64,000 nucleotides of DNA from Marsupella aquatica (taxonomy: Eukaryota > Plantae > Marchantiophyta). Where the stretch lies: contig OZ316896.1 in the NCBI GenBank assembly GCA_973895155.1, forward strand, positions 22,153,722 to 22,217,721, in the 5' to 3' direction. A program made the translations under genes and the position numbers. The notes below the pieces were generated by a model, which saw nothing but the letters and a program-made list of their open reading frames with translations, ran no database searches and was not told the origin of the DNA. This document shows, in pieces, positions 24,700-36,701 of the stretch (position 1 is the first letter of the stretch; the number at the start of each line of letters is the position of its first letter).

Positions 24700-26425
24700 C
24701 TGAAATAGGAATCAAAAGTCAACCCGTGTATGAAACAACTTACATGGAAGCTTTTGAGTACATAAAAAACATCACTATTGTCTGCACACTTGTATGCAAA
24801 AACGCTTTCCCCTTTGATTACTGAATGGCATCTAAGTAGGACTTTCTCAAAATATCTGTCTACCTCTACCCCTGCCGCTACGAGGTGGAAGACGTCTTTT
24901 GCCAGAGGTCGGGTGTGGCAGGGCCGGTGGTGATTCAGTCTGAGTAAGGTTGATGGGCTGTTCCATTGTGCCACGGGAGGACTCCGTTGTGGAAGGCAAA
25001 TCACATGACAATGGCTCGCTTCCATTCTTGTTTTGCGCCATGCGGTCAGGGTGATTAGGAGGTTGATACATGGGCGAGGGGCACAATCATATTCCGCTTC
25101 ATTGGGTCCATCCGAATCATCATGGATATCCACCTCCAGTTCTCCCTCTCAAAATGTGATAACAGTCAGTCGACAGAATCAAAGTTGCAGCGTTCACAAA
25201 CCAACATCTGAATAGTGTAAAAGCAGAAGTAAACTAAATGCCAAAGGAGATAGGGAGTACATGTGCGACCGTTGTCTCATGCGAATAATCTGGAAATGCT
25301 TTACGATGAGCCTGGTAGAAGTTGTCCCAAATCCTCTGCAATGTACTGACTTTGTGATCTCGTTTCCAAATTTCATAAGTTGTTTGGGCAGCAACCTTCT
25401 GCTCTTTCAATTCACTGCTGGACTCCCACTGCAACACCTTTTTCTGTGCTTCGATCCACAACAGGGCAAGGTCTGAATGTTTCCGTAGGATGACCTTAGT
25501 AGGTTCATCCATATTGTCATACCTTTGCGCTGTAATGGGGGCGCCCAGAGCATGGCAGGCCACATTGAGGTGCAACTGTGAGAAGTAACCTTCGCTGCCA
25601 ATTTGTTGGTCAGTGGCATTGACCAACTCAGACACCCGGGGAAGCCATTCAGACAGCAAGTTACTAGTCCCAGCCTTACGAATTAGAGATCTCAACTGAC
25701 GAAATGCCTTCTTATCTAACAAACAATCCCAAGCATGCATCTGCAACTCCTGAAGGACTACATGCTTCATACACTCTATGATTGGAGGCAACACCCCAGG
25801 ATTTGGAGGCGCTGGCCTGACTGGGAAGGCCAGGCTCGGGGGTTTCACTTCCACAAAAATGGCACATCACGTGCGACAAAGGATAGGGTCGTTTTATTGG
25901 TTTGAAGGGAAGACTTAAGAATTTTTGTAGAAGAACAATAAGGTCTTTTAAATTCAATTTTGAGACTTATAAGAACATTAGGGTCTTTCTAACCAAATTT
26001 TTGGAATATTCCAAGAATATTCCAACTTTATAGGGGTTGAAAAATAATATTTTTTTCTTGCATTTTAGGGGGTCCGAGGCCTAAAAACGTCGCAGGGGAT
26101 GGGGAGGCATCCATATAGTGAGAGAGGCCAGGTTTGCCTTAGCATTTATGCAAGAGCGAACGTAGATTTTCCTGAGAGTCCACATGTCTTTCACCCTGGC
26201 GGTCAGTGTCCAAACAGGATCGCGCCACAACTCCTTATTTTGCTTCTCAAAAAAATGCAGGCGAACATGGTGTTCCATCCTACCTACGTACTTATATTTT
26301 TGGCGACAAGAACCCATTGCACGTACAAAGAACCTGTGATAACCCACTCTATCCTTAACCTTGGTGTAACGGAAGCCCTCAATGGCGAGACGCTCTTCCA
26401 AGTCAGGACTCCCTTCACGTGACAT
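24700..26425 (-). CDS. Putative multi-exon accessory gene of the MULE, unknown function (ORF blocks 26081-26425, 25234-25854, 24666-25133)
   Basis: Three protein-like ORF blocks on the strand opposite the transposase, separated by AT-rich intron-like gaps. Splice sites were not resolved and no family was recognised. Confidence 0.4.
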
Positions 26426-26922
26426 TCTAATTCACAAGCAATGGCAGAGTTGAAGAAATCTTCGAAGCAGAGTGACGACACAAAATGAGAAGGTGCAGCT
26501 ATGGCAGTGCCATACATATTGCGTGTATACTACACAGGCAATGGGACTGGCCTGGCACCACAGCTAACACAGAATGTGTGAAGCTAATACATTCAAAATC
26601 TGCTCCTGAAAAATCGGTAGTCAGCTACATTTTTGGATAGTCAATTACAGCTATGGCGGCCGCTGCCGGAAGACTCGGCCCTTCATGCCAAAAGACCTAA
26701 TCGCTAGAGTACATGGACGTGGCCCAAACAACGTATGAAATATAGGAACGAGAACACTGAACTGAACGCTTCGGGTGGGCGTTTTCCATTTGAGCATAGA
26801 AACCATAAACACTTAACTTGAAATTCATTCATAATGATGCGGAAATGAGGCACTTCAACAAAGTTTCTCTCTATTTCCATACAGACCATTGGCTCCTAAA
26901 CTTGTTGAATTCTATGGAAGCC

Positions 26923-27648
26923 CTACTCAGTTTTGTCAATTTCTATGGACTGCAGAAGCGACTCCATTTCCTTCACCCTTGCTTTCAAAACCTGCAAATC
27001 GGATGGATCAAAGGAGCTGCTAGATGCACGGCCAGGAGTTGGTGACACAGCAGTGGGTTGCACTTGAGAATCTACATCTTCTCGGGCGAGCCTTGGGCAC
27101 ACTGATTTTTGACGTGATCAAGGCGTACGACGCGCAAAAACAATTCCTTCCCTTAAAAATGACAATCGTTGGATGATAGCACCATGATCCTGCACACGAA
27201 CTACAATTTCAACAAATGGCATCTTGTCAATAGTGCCTCGAACCATCGTGACTTGAGCATCCTCCTCCAACAAGCTAAAATCACCTGCACTCATATTCTT
27301 GAGCAAGGCCCGTCCTGCTTCAAACACAGTGGCACGCAACGGGGGGCAATCTTCACCAACTCCACGATCCACGAGAAACACATCGAACCTAAACTGATCC
27401 ATCCAACATCCTGTGTCCATTGAGTTATGCCCACATTTGTAAGGTCCTTCAATTGTTTTCAAACATGTAGTATTCTTCTTCTCATTGATGTTGGTACAAG
27501 CCAGATAGTTAAACTTCCTGGGATAAGAATATGGCACATCGAAGTTGACAATGTACCCTGAAATTGGACCGAATGTCACAAACAGGCCACCCCTCATAGC
27601 TCTATGAATTTCTCTTATCGAAGAATCTTCGCCCGCCTCCATTGACAT
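26923..27648 (-). pseudogene. RPA70 C-terminal (DBD-C)-like OB-fold/zinc-ribbon protein; in-frame TGA at 27118-27120 followed by 64 more codons
   Basis: FNYLAC...TCLK...YKCGH...QFRFDVFLVD...LRATVFEAGRALL..MSAGDF follows the RPA1-C pattern (YxAC..CxK..C..yr....D....t.F....ll..sa.e). The frame stays open after the TGA to a short coiled coil (LQVLKARVKEMESLL). Confidence 0.6.
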
Positions 27649-27762
27649 GATTCAATTCAGAGAATGGCAAATTGTACGCAGGTTTCTGATCTACCTCTCG
27701 ATGTGTTCCACATTGACATCTTTCAAAATTGTCACTGTTCTCTTTGAAAACGCGAGGAACAG

Positions 27763-28035
27763 TCAAAATTTGAAATGTATGATTGCACGTGTTTCAGGGT
27801 AAATTGCCCACGCATTGGCATCCTTGGGCCGTTGATGGTCCAAGTGTGACACATCCAGACCGTCAATGACATTGCTTCTTCGAGAAGACTCTTCAGCCAC
27901 TACAGGACATATGGGGACCGTCGATTCCCTAAAGGAGAACCGATGAGGCCCGTCGATTCCCTCAACAAAAGCATAATACAATCTCAGCCTTTGAAGTCCC
28001 CTCATTAGATCTGGACCGTTGACCCTAATCAACAC
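27763..28035 (-). CDS. Small ORF of unknown function in the MULE accessory cluster
   Basis: 90-aa open frame with protein-like composition, co-oriented with the RPA-like gene. There is no ATG at its start. Confidence 0.25.
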   Translation of the reverse strand: MLIRVNGPDLMRGLQRLRLYYAFVEGIDGPHRFSFRESTVPICPVVAEESSRRSNVIDGLDVSHLDHQRPKDANAWAIYPETRAIIHFKF

Positions 28036-28571
28036 TCATCAGCGATCCCAACCGTCACCCGAAATCTCCCAGGACCAGCCTTTCAGACCCGCTGCGGTCA
28101 CAGGGTCTGGTTTGACACTATTCACTACCGAGGCACTATTCACAACCCTACTTACACAGCACTGCCGGCAGCTACCGTAGATCATCGACTGCACCAACGA
28201 CAATATTAATTACGAATCTCGTTACTTGTAGGAGGAAATGTATATCAAGAACTATAATACAAGGTTGCGCCTTTTTATGCAGTGGTCATCATTTGAATTT
28301 GAAGGGCACAAAAATCAAAGAATCTGACAAACAAAAGGAATGAACCAAAATTGAATAATGTTTAGTGTGAAGTAAAGAGTGCACGTTTTCCAATCAAGAA
28401 ATAAAGGGGAATGCCAGGAATACCAATGCACAATAATCAAATACTTTCTGGACATATAAGTATAGTACTATCAATGCATAGGAAACCATCCATGCATAGA
28501 CATAGTACTTTCCATACCTAGACATTCATATCAAGTACCCCCATGATAATCTATGTCAATTACAAATTAAC

Positions 28572-28955
28572 TCCTATAATACACGCTTGCGCCACTTTTT
28601 GAAGTGGTCTGTCATTCAAAATTTACATTTCCAAGCCAAGTGAAAGAAATCAAATATGCAAAGCAAAGCTTAAGAGAACAAATAAAAATAAACCCACAGC
28701 AAAATATGAAGGGAGCAGAATACTTCTTGATATTCCTCATCACTTTAGCAGGTAAAGTACTTCCTTTTGATGCCATCATAGTATTCAAAAATACACTCTT
28801 TTATCTAATCCCTCCCAGGCCATTGTCTTATTTGTATTGACCCTGCCTCAATGTACACCTGATGTGCATGCAATGCAAGGAAAGTGTATACATCCATTCA
28901 CCGTGGTACTCATATGAATGAAATCATTTTATAAAAACAAATATACTTGGCAAAA

Positions 28956-29021
<66 letters not shown>

Positions 29022-29815
29022 TTGGATGAGATAACAAGGTGTTGGGGGCCAAACCACTCTTGGCTGGGGTGACAGGGTTTTGGGACACATATATAAAGGG
29101 ACAACCACATTTGACAACATCAAAAACTATAATAAGGTGTTGTGCCTTTTTTTTTGCCATGGTCATCATTTGAATTACAGGGCCAATTTGGGTGTAAGAA
29201 TTCAGTATGGAAAAAAACCAAAGCAATAGAGACCAAAAATGGCCCTCACACCAGCTCCTGAGGTCAACTTCCATCTGATTGCGGCAAAAGCACCGAGCGG
29301 AGGCAAGTAAAATGTTGTGTGTCCAGCCTCTACTACGAGTGGGGCGACCACCCTACCGCCTTGCTCCGCACACCAACCGTAGACTGCCGCATTCTTGCGG
29401 TCAACCTCCCACCACCCTCCTTCCCCAACCCGATTACCCGGGGCAGCCCTGCCTCGCCCCACTCTCCCCCTCTTCCCTTCTCCCCTGCCTGACTCTTTTT
29501 AACGACATATTTTTACTTGACATCTTCTTAACGATATCTGTCACATAACAACTTCTTTGGTGACACAACTTCTTTGTTTTAATGACATCTTCTTACTTGA
29601 TGACATCGTTTACATAAAGACCTCTTTGGCGACACAACTTCTTTTTTTAATGACATCTTTTACATAACAACATCATTGGCAACACGACCCTGGACACGAC
29701 CTCTATTTTCTTAACGATATCTTGGGACGACACGACCGGGAACACGACATCTTTTGTCTTAAGGACATCTTGGCCGACACGACATCTTTTGTGCAACGCA
29801 CGAGTATTGAGCTAG
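28572..29815 (+). mobile_element. Non-autonomous Helitron H4
   Basis: 5' TCCTATAATACACGCTTGCGCC..GTGGTC..CATTCAAAATTT and 3' TTTGTGCAACGCACGAGTATTGAGCTAG|T, with the inverted AAGATGTCGT array at ~29500-29790. A second 5' motif lies at ~28241-28305. Confidence 0.7.
28957..29021. repeat. Compound (TC)n(TA)n microsatellite
   Basis: Directly visible. Confidence 0.95.
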
Positions 29816-30283
29816 TTTTTTTTTTTTTCAAACAAAAAAGGGGGGCGCGGAGACCCACCAAAAGCAGGCAGGGGAGCAACAGCCACCCGAGCACGGCAAA
29901 CAAGGAAGGGCCCAACACCCAGAGCCACACATGGCCCACGTAAAACTAACTAGTCGTCCCAAGGAACCCGGAACCACCACCTGAAGTTGACATCAAAGTC
30001 ATCACCGGAAGTAAAGGCCCTATTCTGTCTGTCAACAGTGTAAATCCTCATCATGTCCTGTGTGCTTCTAGTAGTGTCCAACCTAGTCGTTAAGTTCATG
30101 TTTTCAGTTTGCTTCCTTCTACTCATCAGTGGACCTTTCTTGTTTCTACTAGTGTTCCTTTTATTAGGTCTCATCCTCTTGAGCAGATCCCACCCGTCGT
30201 TGTTGCCATTGTTTCTCTCATTACAGTAGTCAGTGAGGTGTTCCTGACCAGTGTAGTCTTTTCTCTCTAGGTCAAGATGGTTC

Positions 30284-33200
30284 TTATGCATCATCTTCAT
30301 CAGAGTTCATGGCACGAGGGCTGTCGATAGTCTCCCATGGCTTAAGAACCACCTGGAGTTGAGTGAGTGCCCGCCTTAGCTGTTTACGTTTTCTCTCCGA
30401 ATGGCAGGAGTCCATCATAGTGGACAGATGGGTTTCCGTGTTCCTCAGTTCAACCCATCCGGGAAGACGCCCAAGGAAATGGGAGTAAGTGGCTGCATTT
30501 CTCTCCTTCCAGATGCTCAAGCACATCTCCATGAGCAAGACCACTGGCCCTGGTTTCCTTTTATGCATCTTTAAAGCAACCGTGATTGCTTCGTAGAGTG
30601 ATCTTTGCGGTGTTCTGAGTGCATCCGCTTGCTATACCAATTGTTGTACCTCTCTCCATCTCACAGTAACCGTCCAGCAATTGAAGAACAGATGTTCAGT
30701 GTGTTCGAATTGGCTCTTGCACCTACCACAAGTGCCGTCTGATACCTCCCAATGGCTCGCCCTGCCATTAGTAAAGAAGCCATGGTTCAGTAGTCTCCAA
30801 AGAAAAAATCTCACCTTGGGAAAAGACCAGCCTCCCCAGAGTTTCTTCCAGTATTGTTGCCAACATCTGGTCGTGCTAGTTTGGCCCCATCTTCGATTCA
30901 GCTGAGTAACGTCCAAATTCTTGGACCTGGAGCATTGTCCCCAAGTCCGAGTGGGGAAGCGCCAGCCTCTATTCCTTCCTCTCCAGTTCCACTGCCAACC
31001 GGCGCAGTCCTGTAATTGGCCAGTGTTGGTGACGTTACTCTGTTGAAGCTTGTTGTAGAACCTGTTGAATTCCGCATTGCCAATTGATCGAGTACTGCGA
31101 AGTTGCTTGCTGAGCTCCTCCTCGGTCACCCACCACCCCTGCTGAGTCCTGAGATTCTGCAGGCTCTTGATTCCTCTGTTTGAGAGGAATCTCCTCAAGT
31201 CAGTTTCCTGTTGCACGGTGACATGGTTGGACCGGAGGTATAGAAGAAGTATTTGTTCGACGGAGAGATGTCCTGGGATCTGACCTTCCCCAAAGTTGAA
31301 CTTCAGGTGCTGATTTTTGTTGGTCCATCCTTTTAGTAGACCCCTCAGCATCGGTGATCCCTGGATGTGTATCTCATTGTCGAGTAGTAGCGCTTCAATA
31401 GCAGTCCATCTTCGTCTCTCTTTCTTTCCAGGTCCAGACTTGAGGCTCTTCATGATGATCTCATACGCAATTTTCACCCACTCACAGTCAGCTTGCATAA
31501 TCAGTTTGGCGATATGTCGCATTTTTAGCGACTGGGCGTGCTCCTCAAAAGGCTGAATGCCCAAACCTCCATCCTCCTTAGGTTTAGCGATGACGTCCCA
31601 GGCAATCAGAGCTTTCTTGGATCCATTATTGGTTGTGGAACCCCACAAAAACTGTCGACATACTTTTTCCATCTCCTGGAAACCAGTCTTGTACAGAGAA
31701 AGAGACATCAGGTGGTATGTAGGTATTGCCCGGAGGACATGCTTGAGGAGAATAGATCTTCCCGCCATGGAGAGGCTCCTGTTGGTCCAGTGACACAACC
31801 GGCTCCTCAATTTTCCGACCAAAAAAGCTGCTTCATGTGATGGTCGAACCTTGTACCCAATCGGGCATCCAAGGTATTCAGTTATCTCCCCTTCCTTAGC
31901 AATTTTGCACCCGGTCTCCTGCAACCACTCAGGGTACTTCCCGTCCTGGAAGTAGATGGGAATGATCTTAGACTTCTGTACATTTAATAGTGCACCTGAG
32001 ACATTCTCATACTGTTGTACAATTTCTCTAGCCTTCCGGAATTCCCCCTCAGTTGCCGCTAAAAATAGCCCAGTGTCATCAGCAAAGAGTTGGTGGCAAA
32101 GACTCTTGTTGTCAGAAAACTTCAGCCCATTCAGCTCCCCTGTTTCAATCTTACTCCTGCACAGAGCCATCAGTGGTTGGGTGGTAATAGCAAACAGTAG
32201 CGAAGATAGGGGGCAGCCTTGCCTCACTCCTCTGTTCAAATTTATCGGTTCGGTAAATCTCCCGTTGATGTGAACTTTGGATTGTGTGTGCTCCACCAGC
32301 CCCTTCACTAGGGTAATCACCTGGTTATCGAATTTCATAGCCCTCATCACAGCCCACAAGAAGGAATGAGCCACTCTATCGTAAGCTTTAGCAAAGTCCA
32401 GTTTAAGAAAGATCAGAGGTTGCTTACTTGACGCAGCGTATTCTTGTGCCAACTTGAAGTTGAGGAGGTTGTCAAGAATATCCCTCCCTTCCAGAAAACC
32501 AGTTTGCTGAGGGTCAACTAATTTGTGTGCAACCTTCTTGATCCGATTGGCCATCAGCTTTGCAATTAGTTTTTCAGTCAGGGTTAGCATCGTCAGTGGC
32601 CTCCAATTACAGAGTTCCAAAACCTCAAGATTCTTAGGGATCAGTTTGATCACTCCGGCAGAAGCCCGGCTCGTGAGCTTCCCGTCCTGCCAAAAAACAT
32701 GAATCATTTTCACACACGTTGGCTTCATGAATTCCCATCCCTTAATCAGCATTTCAGCGGTGACTCCGTCAATCCCTGGTGATTTCTCCTTGGGCAAATT
32801 GAAAACCATCTTCTCAATTTCCTCCTCGCTAGGGAGTTGGACAATCGCCTGATTCTCCTGAGCTGAGACCTCATCTTTGATCAACCCTAGGACCTCATCC
32901 AGTGCAGAGTTGTGCATCTCAACTAGCGGATCAGCAGTGTATAGGTTCGAATAGAAGGCATGGATTTCGTTGAGGATGCTGCTTTCGTCCTCCGTCACCT
33001 CTCCGTTGGCTCTCTTCAGCCGTTTGATGCTCTCCTTTGCATGTTTTGCCTTCAATTGGTTAAAGAAATACTTGGTAGGGGCTTCTCCGAGTTTTAGCCA
33101 TCGAACTCTGCTTTTCCGTCTCATCTTGATTGCATCCATTTTCGCCCTCTCCCTTGTGCTATCTTCAATTTTCCTGAGCTCATCCGGAAGAGCTGGAGAA

Positions 33201-34210
33201 GGATTGGTACACATCTCCACTCTCAGTCGCTGTAGCTCCTCTCCTGGCTGCATAGCATTTCTGTTTTCTATTCTTTTGCGCTTCTCTGCTTGATTGAGAG
33301 CTTTCACAGCACCCCAAGCCAAATCCCAATTGACCCTGGGGTCACGGTTTTCCTTCTGGTGTCTATTCCACACGTTTTCCAGTTCCGTCTCTAATTCTGG
33401 GGTGTTGATTAGGTTCGCATCCATTTTGAAATAGGTTGCTTTCCTGTGGTTACCTGGGTCCGTGCTCTGTTTAAGAACAAAAGTAGTAACCACAGGAATG
33501 TGATCCGAGACTGTTTCCCTACCGTCATGCACACATGATTTCACAAAATCACACCACTGATTCCTGTTGCTACTATAGTTGCGATCAATTCTAGACTGGT
33601 CATACCGATCAGACTTTCTTGCTTGTCTTGTGTAGCATGGTCCTGTCCGCGACCCTGCACAAAGATAGTTATCCACCATGTCGAAGTGATCCACCAGTTT
33701 GTTCCAGGCCCGGGCCTCAGAACCATGGATGAATGCGGAGGGGCCCACAGCATCGTCCCATAGATCTGTCATATTCCAATCTCCACAGAGAATCCAGTTA
33801 GACTCCTTGAGGTTCTCCAGTAGCCACTTCCAAAGCTCAATTCGGTTTCTTCGTTCATTAGGTGCATACACCGAGCCAATACTGAGTTCCCCTACACATG
33901 ATTGGATAGTAGCCCACACAAACGTCCCATCCCCTTTACTTCCCTGATCCACAATCTGGTACTGCTTTGGGATTAGCAGCGCCGCTCCCACTTTTTCTTC
34001 TGCGTTGCTATCTAAGATTTTCGTGCCTTCCTGGTCAATTAATCCAAGTTGGAAAAGCGCCTTCTTTTCTTTGATTTTAAGCTCCTGGAAGCAGCAGATC
34101 GATTGCTCCAACGAGTTGGTTTGTATCCATTTGCGCATTTGTTTCAATCTCACCGGGTCGCCCATCCCCCGTACATTCCACTGGCTAATGGTAAGTTCTT
34201 CAGTCATCAT
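30284..34210 (-). pseudogene. LINE ORF2 (APE endonuclease, reverse transcriptase, zf-RVT); single premature TAG at 30632-30634
   Basis: Motifs WNVRG, GDWN, SDH, KSPGIDG, LDFAKAYD, QGCPLS, FADD and CGRC...EHLFFNC. The frame continues after the stop into IWKERN and ends at 30284. Confidence 0.95.
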
Positions 34211-36573
34211 TAAACGGATTTATTTTGGGTGGCCGGGTTCCCCTGTTGCCCACTCTTCTTCTCTCCTAAGGTTGTCTGTGTCTCCTTCCCTTGTGTGGTT
34301 ATCTCCTGCGCTCCCTTGCAAGTATCTCGACTCGTGACAGTGGTCGAGGTCCGTGTGGTCTGCTCAAAGCGGAGCTTACGGGGTTCTGTTCCTCCTACTC
34401 TCTGGATGTCATTGTAGGGAATTTCTTCAGGAAGAAAATCCGCCATACGTCTATCGCTCGCAAAGGTAGGAATCTCAGTTGGGTGTGAACTCTTCTTCGT
34501 CATTTTGGTTTGTTGTCTAGCTGGTGTCCCCATTTTGGTAGGAGACACACTTTCGCTGGCTCCCCAAGCCGTGGTAGGAGATGCGGCAGCTTTCCGTGCG
34601 TTCTTGGCACTCTCGGTCTCCATGTGATCAACTTCTTCCTCTTCTGTTGGACTGTCAGTAGTACACTGTTCCATCTCCTCCGTCTGACTTGAACTATTAT
34701 TTGGGAGTATTGTCTCCAGTTTATCTTCCACCCCGTGAGCCCCTTCCGCCTCTGGGTTGAGTTGCTTTCCATTGTTCCCCCTTTCCCATTCAGTTTTAGC
34801 TTCTGTGTGGTCCGACTCTGTCGCTGTTTCCTTCCCCTTTTGCTCTGGTGGAATCTCTCCTTCTTCGAGGTCGGCTAGCTCAGTTAAGGCATCGAAGGGG
34901 TTGCTATCTCTGCCCTGATGAATGACTGTTCCTTCTACTCCGTGTTTGCCTTTGTTTAGTGTCCTGGTTTTCACCATTGTGAATCCTTCTGTGTCCACTG
35001 TACCTTGTGTGTTCCCTCTATTCCCAGTTGGGTCAGCAGCCATCTTTGCGTTCTGTCGTCCTGTATTTCCTTTCTCCATGTTGGGCTTGTTGGTACAATA
35101 TCTGGCTATGTGTCCTCGTTGTTTGCAGGCAAAGCATGCGTCTGGCAGGGTCCGGTAGATGACATCGACACGGTAGTTGCCTACCCCAGGTATGGTCATA
35201 TCTATGTATTCCACTAGATCATCATTTAAATCACACAGCACACAGCCACGAATATGTGAGAATTTGCTTCTTGCATGTGTAGTCTGTGCGTAAAGTACCT
35301 TGCCAACTTTTGCAAGCATTTGGTTAGCGTAGTACTCGAAGGCCGGGTTAAGAAGCGGCAAGTCTACCCACACAGGAGCCCTAGTCGATTTCATTGCATT
35401 AGCATCAAAATCCGTTGTCCACGGCATGGCAATGACCATCTTCCTACCCATGCTGAGATATGGTTCCAGCAGGATCGAGTTTTGTTCCTCAGGTGTGGAG
35501 ACGACAATCAGGAAAGTATATCTCGCAAGTACTTTAATCTGCTCAATTCGGATCCTCATTCTACGTCCTATGACATCGTGCGCCCATTCTTCAAAAAAAT
35601 CCCGTGAGGGATTGAAATCTACTGTATAGACAATAATCCCTCGATTTTGCAAATGGAGAATGCGGCTAGCCACAATGTTTTTGTCTACAACTAAGATTTC
35701 TGACCTCATTCCTGGCGATGGCTTTTCTGGCACAGGTGGAAGGTGCGCTAATTGCTCACGTAGGTCGTCATTTGAGACATGCATGCCAGCTTCCTTGTCC
35801 AAGTTATCGTCGTATGGATTCTCGTCCTCTTCATCATCAGGATAGCTCCTAGCATCGTCGTCTGCTTCCGGGTCCCACACAGGATCACGGAAGCCAAAAT
35901 TCCCTGCCATTTCCTGCTCCCCATTTGTTTCAGCCCCAGTGTACGAGTCGTCCTTCCTTCTCTGATTATTGAGTTGGCCACCAATCTGGGTCCCTCCGTT
36001 AACTGGCTTGTGCCTGCTTTCTTTGTTGATTCCTTCTGGGCCCAGTGTGTCAGCAGAGTGTACAGCAGTGCTTAGGTTCCCCTTTTCCTGTTGTGTCCCT
36101 TTTTGCACCGTAGCTCGGTGGAGATCCGGCCAGGGTTGGATTCCCTGCATCTCCCTGTTCTTGCCAGACTGCACGTTGCTTGTGCGCTTGCCTGGCGTAT
36201 TGTCAGATTCCTTTTGCCTCAATTCTGACATGCTACTTCCCTTGACATTGCCTTCTTTTTCTCGTGGTCTTTTCTTCAGTGCTGTGTTTTGCCCTCTTGC
36301 CATTGTGACCTCATGATTGATCTTGCCCTGTTCAGAGCTTCTGTTGCCACTTCTTTTTGCCATTGTGGTCCCTTCAGCTGACCACGAGTGCTGTTCTCTT
36401 GATGCCCTCGTCTCATTGCTCTGATTGGGTTCTCTTGCCGTTTGGATCTCCATGTCCGTTGGTCGATTTCTTTCACCTCCTTGTAAATCCCGGCTCTCGG
36501 TTCCGTTTGCCTCACTAGTCGTTTTCTTCATCTTCGTACCGAGATCCTGATCGGCAAGCTGTCCATTTTGCAT
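34210..36573 (-). CDS. LINE ORF1 (RRM/DUF4283-like region plus CCHC zinc knuckle)
   Basis: 787 aa containing PVWVDLPLL and CFACKQRGHIARYC. Its stop overlaps the ORF2 start (TAATG). Confidence 0.9.
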   Translation of the reverse strand: MQNGQLADQDLGTKMKKTTSEANGTESRDLQGGERNRPTDMEIQTAREPNQSNETRASREQHSWSAEGTTMAKRSGNRSSEQGKINHEVTMARGQNTALKKRPREKEGNVKGSSMSELRQKESDNTPGKRTSNVQSGKNREMQGIQPWPDLHRATVQKGTQQEKGNLSTAVHSADTLGPEGINKESRHKPVNGGTQIGGQLNNQRRKDDSYTGAETNGEQEMAGNFGFRDPVWDPEADDDARSYPDDEEDENPYDDNLDKEAGMHVSNDDLREQLAHLPPVPEKPSPGMRSEILVVDKNIVASRILHLQNRGIIVYTVDFNPSRDFFEEWAHDVIGRRMRIRIEQIKVLARYTFLIVVSTPEEQNSILLEPYLSMGRKMVIAMPWTTDFDANAMKSTRAPVWVDLPLLNPAFEYYANQMLAKVGKVLYAQTTHARSKFSHIRGCVLCDLNDDLVEYIDMTIPGVGNYRVDVIYRTLPDACFACKQRGHIARYCTNKPNMEKGNTGRQNAKMAADPTGNRGNTQGTVDTEGFTMVKTRTLNKGKHGVEGTVIHQGRDSNPFDALTELADLEEGEIPPEQKGKETATESDHTEAKTEWERGNNGKQLNPEAEGAHGVEDKLETILPNNSSSQTEEMEQCTTDSPTEEEEVDHMETESAKNARKAAASPTTAWGASESVSPTKMGTPARQQTKMTKKSSHPTEIPTFASDRRMADFLPEEIPYNDIQRVGGTEPRKLRFEQTTRTSTTVTSRDTCKGAQEITTQGKETQTTLGEKKSGQQGNPATQNKSV

Positions 36574-36701
36574 CTCTTCCCCTCGCCAACCTCCAGCAGG
36601 TTCAGCAGCAGCGCATCCCTACGGGAGCGCCATTGCCAAGCTCCTCTTCGCCATCCTCTGCCCCTCTGCCCCCTCGCCCATCCAGTATTGAGCTAGTTAC
36701 C

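Larger units (their letters stand above)
29818..36683 (-). mobile_element. Full-length L1/Tx1-type LINE, ~6.9 kb, with poly(A) and 15-bp TSD AGTATTGAGCTAGTT
   Basis: TSD at 29803-29817 and 36684-36698, T-run at 29816-29828, and two long ORFs. Confidence 0.95.
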
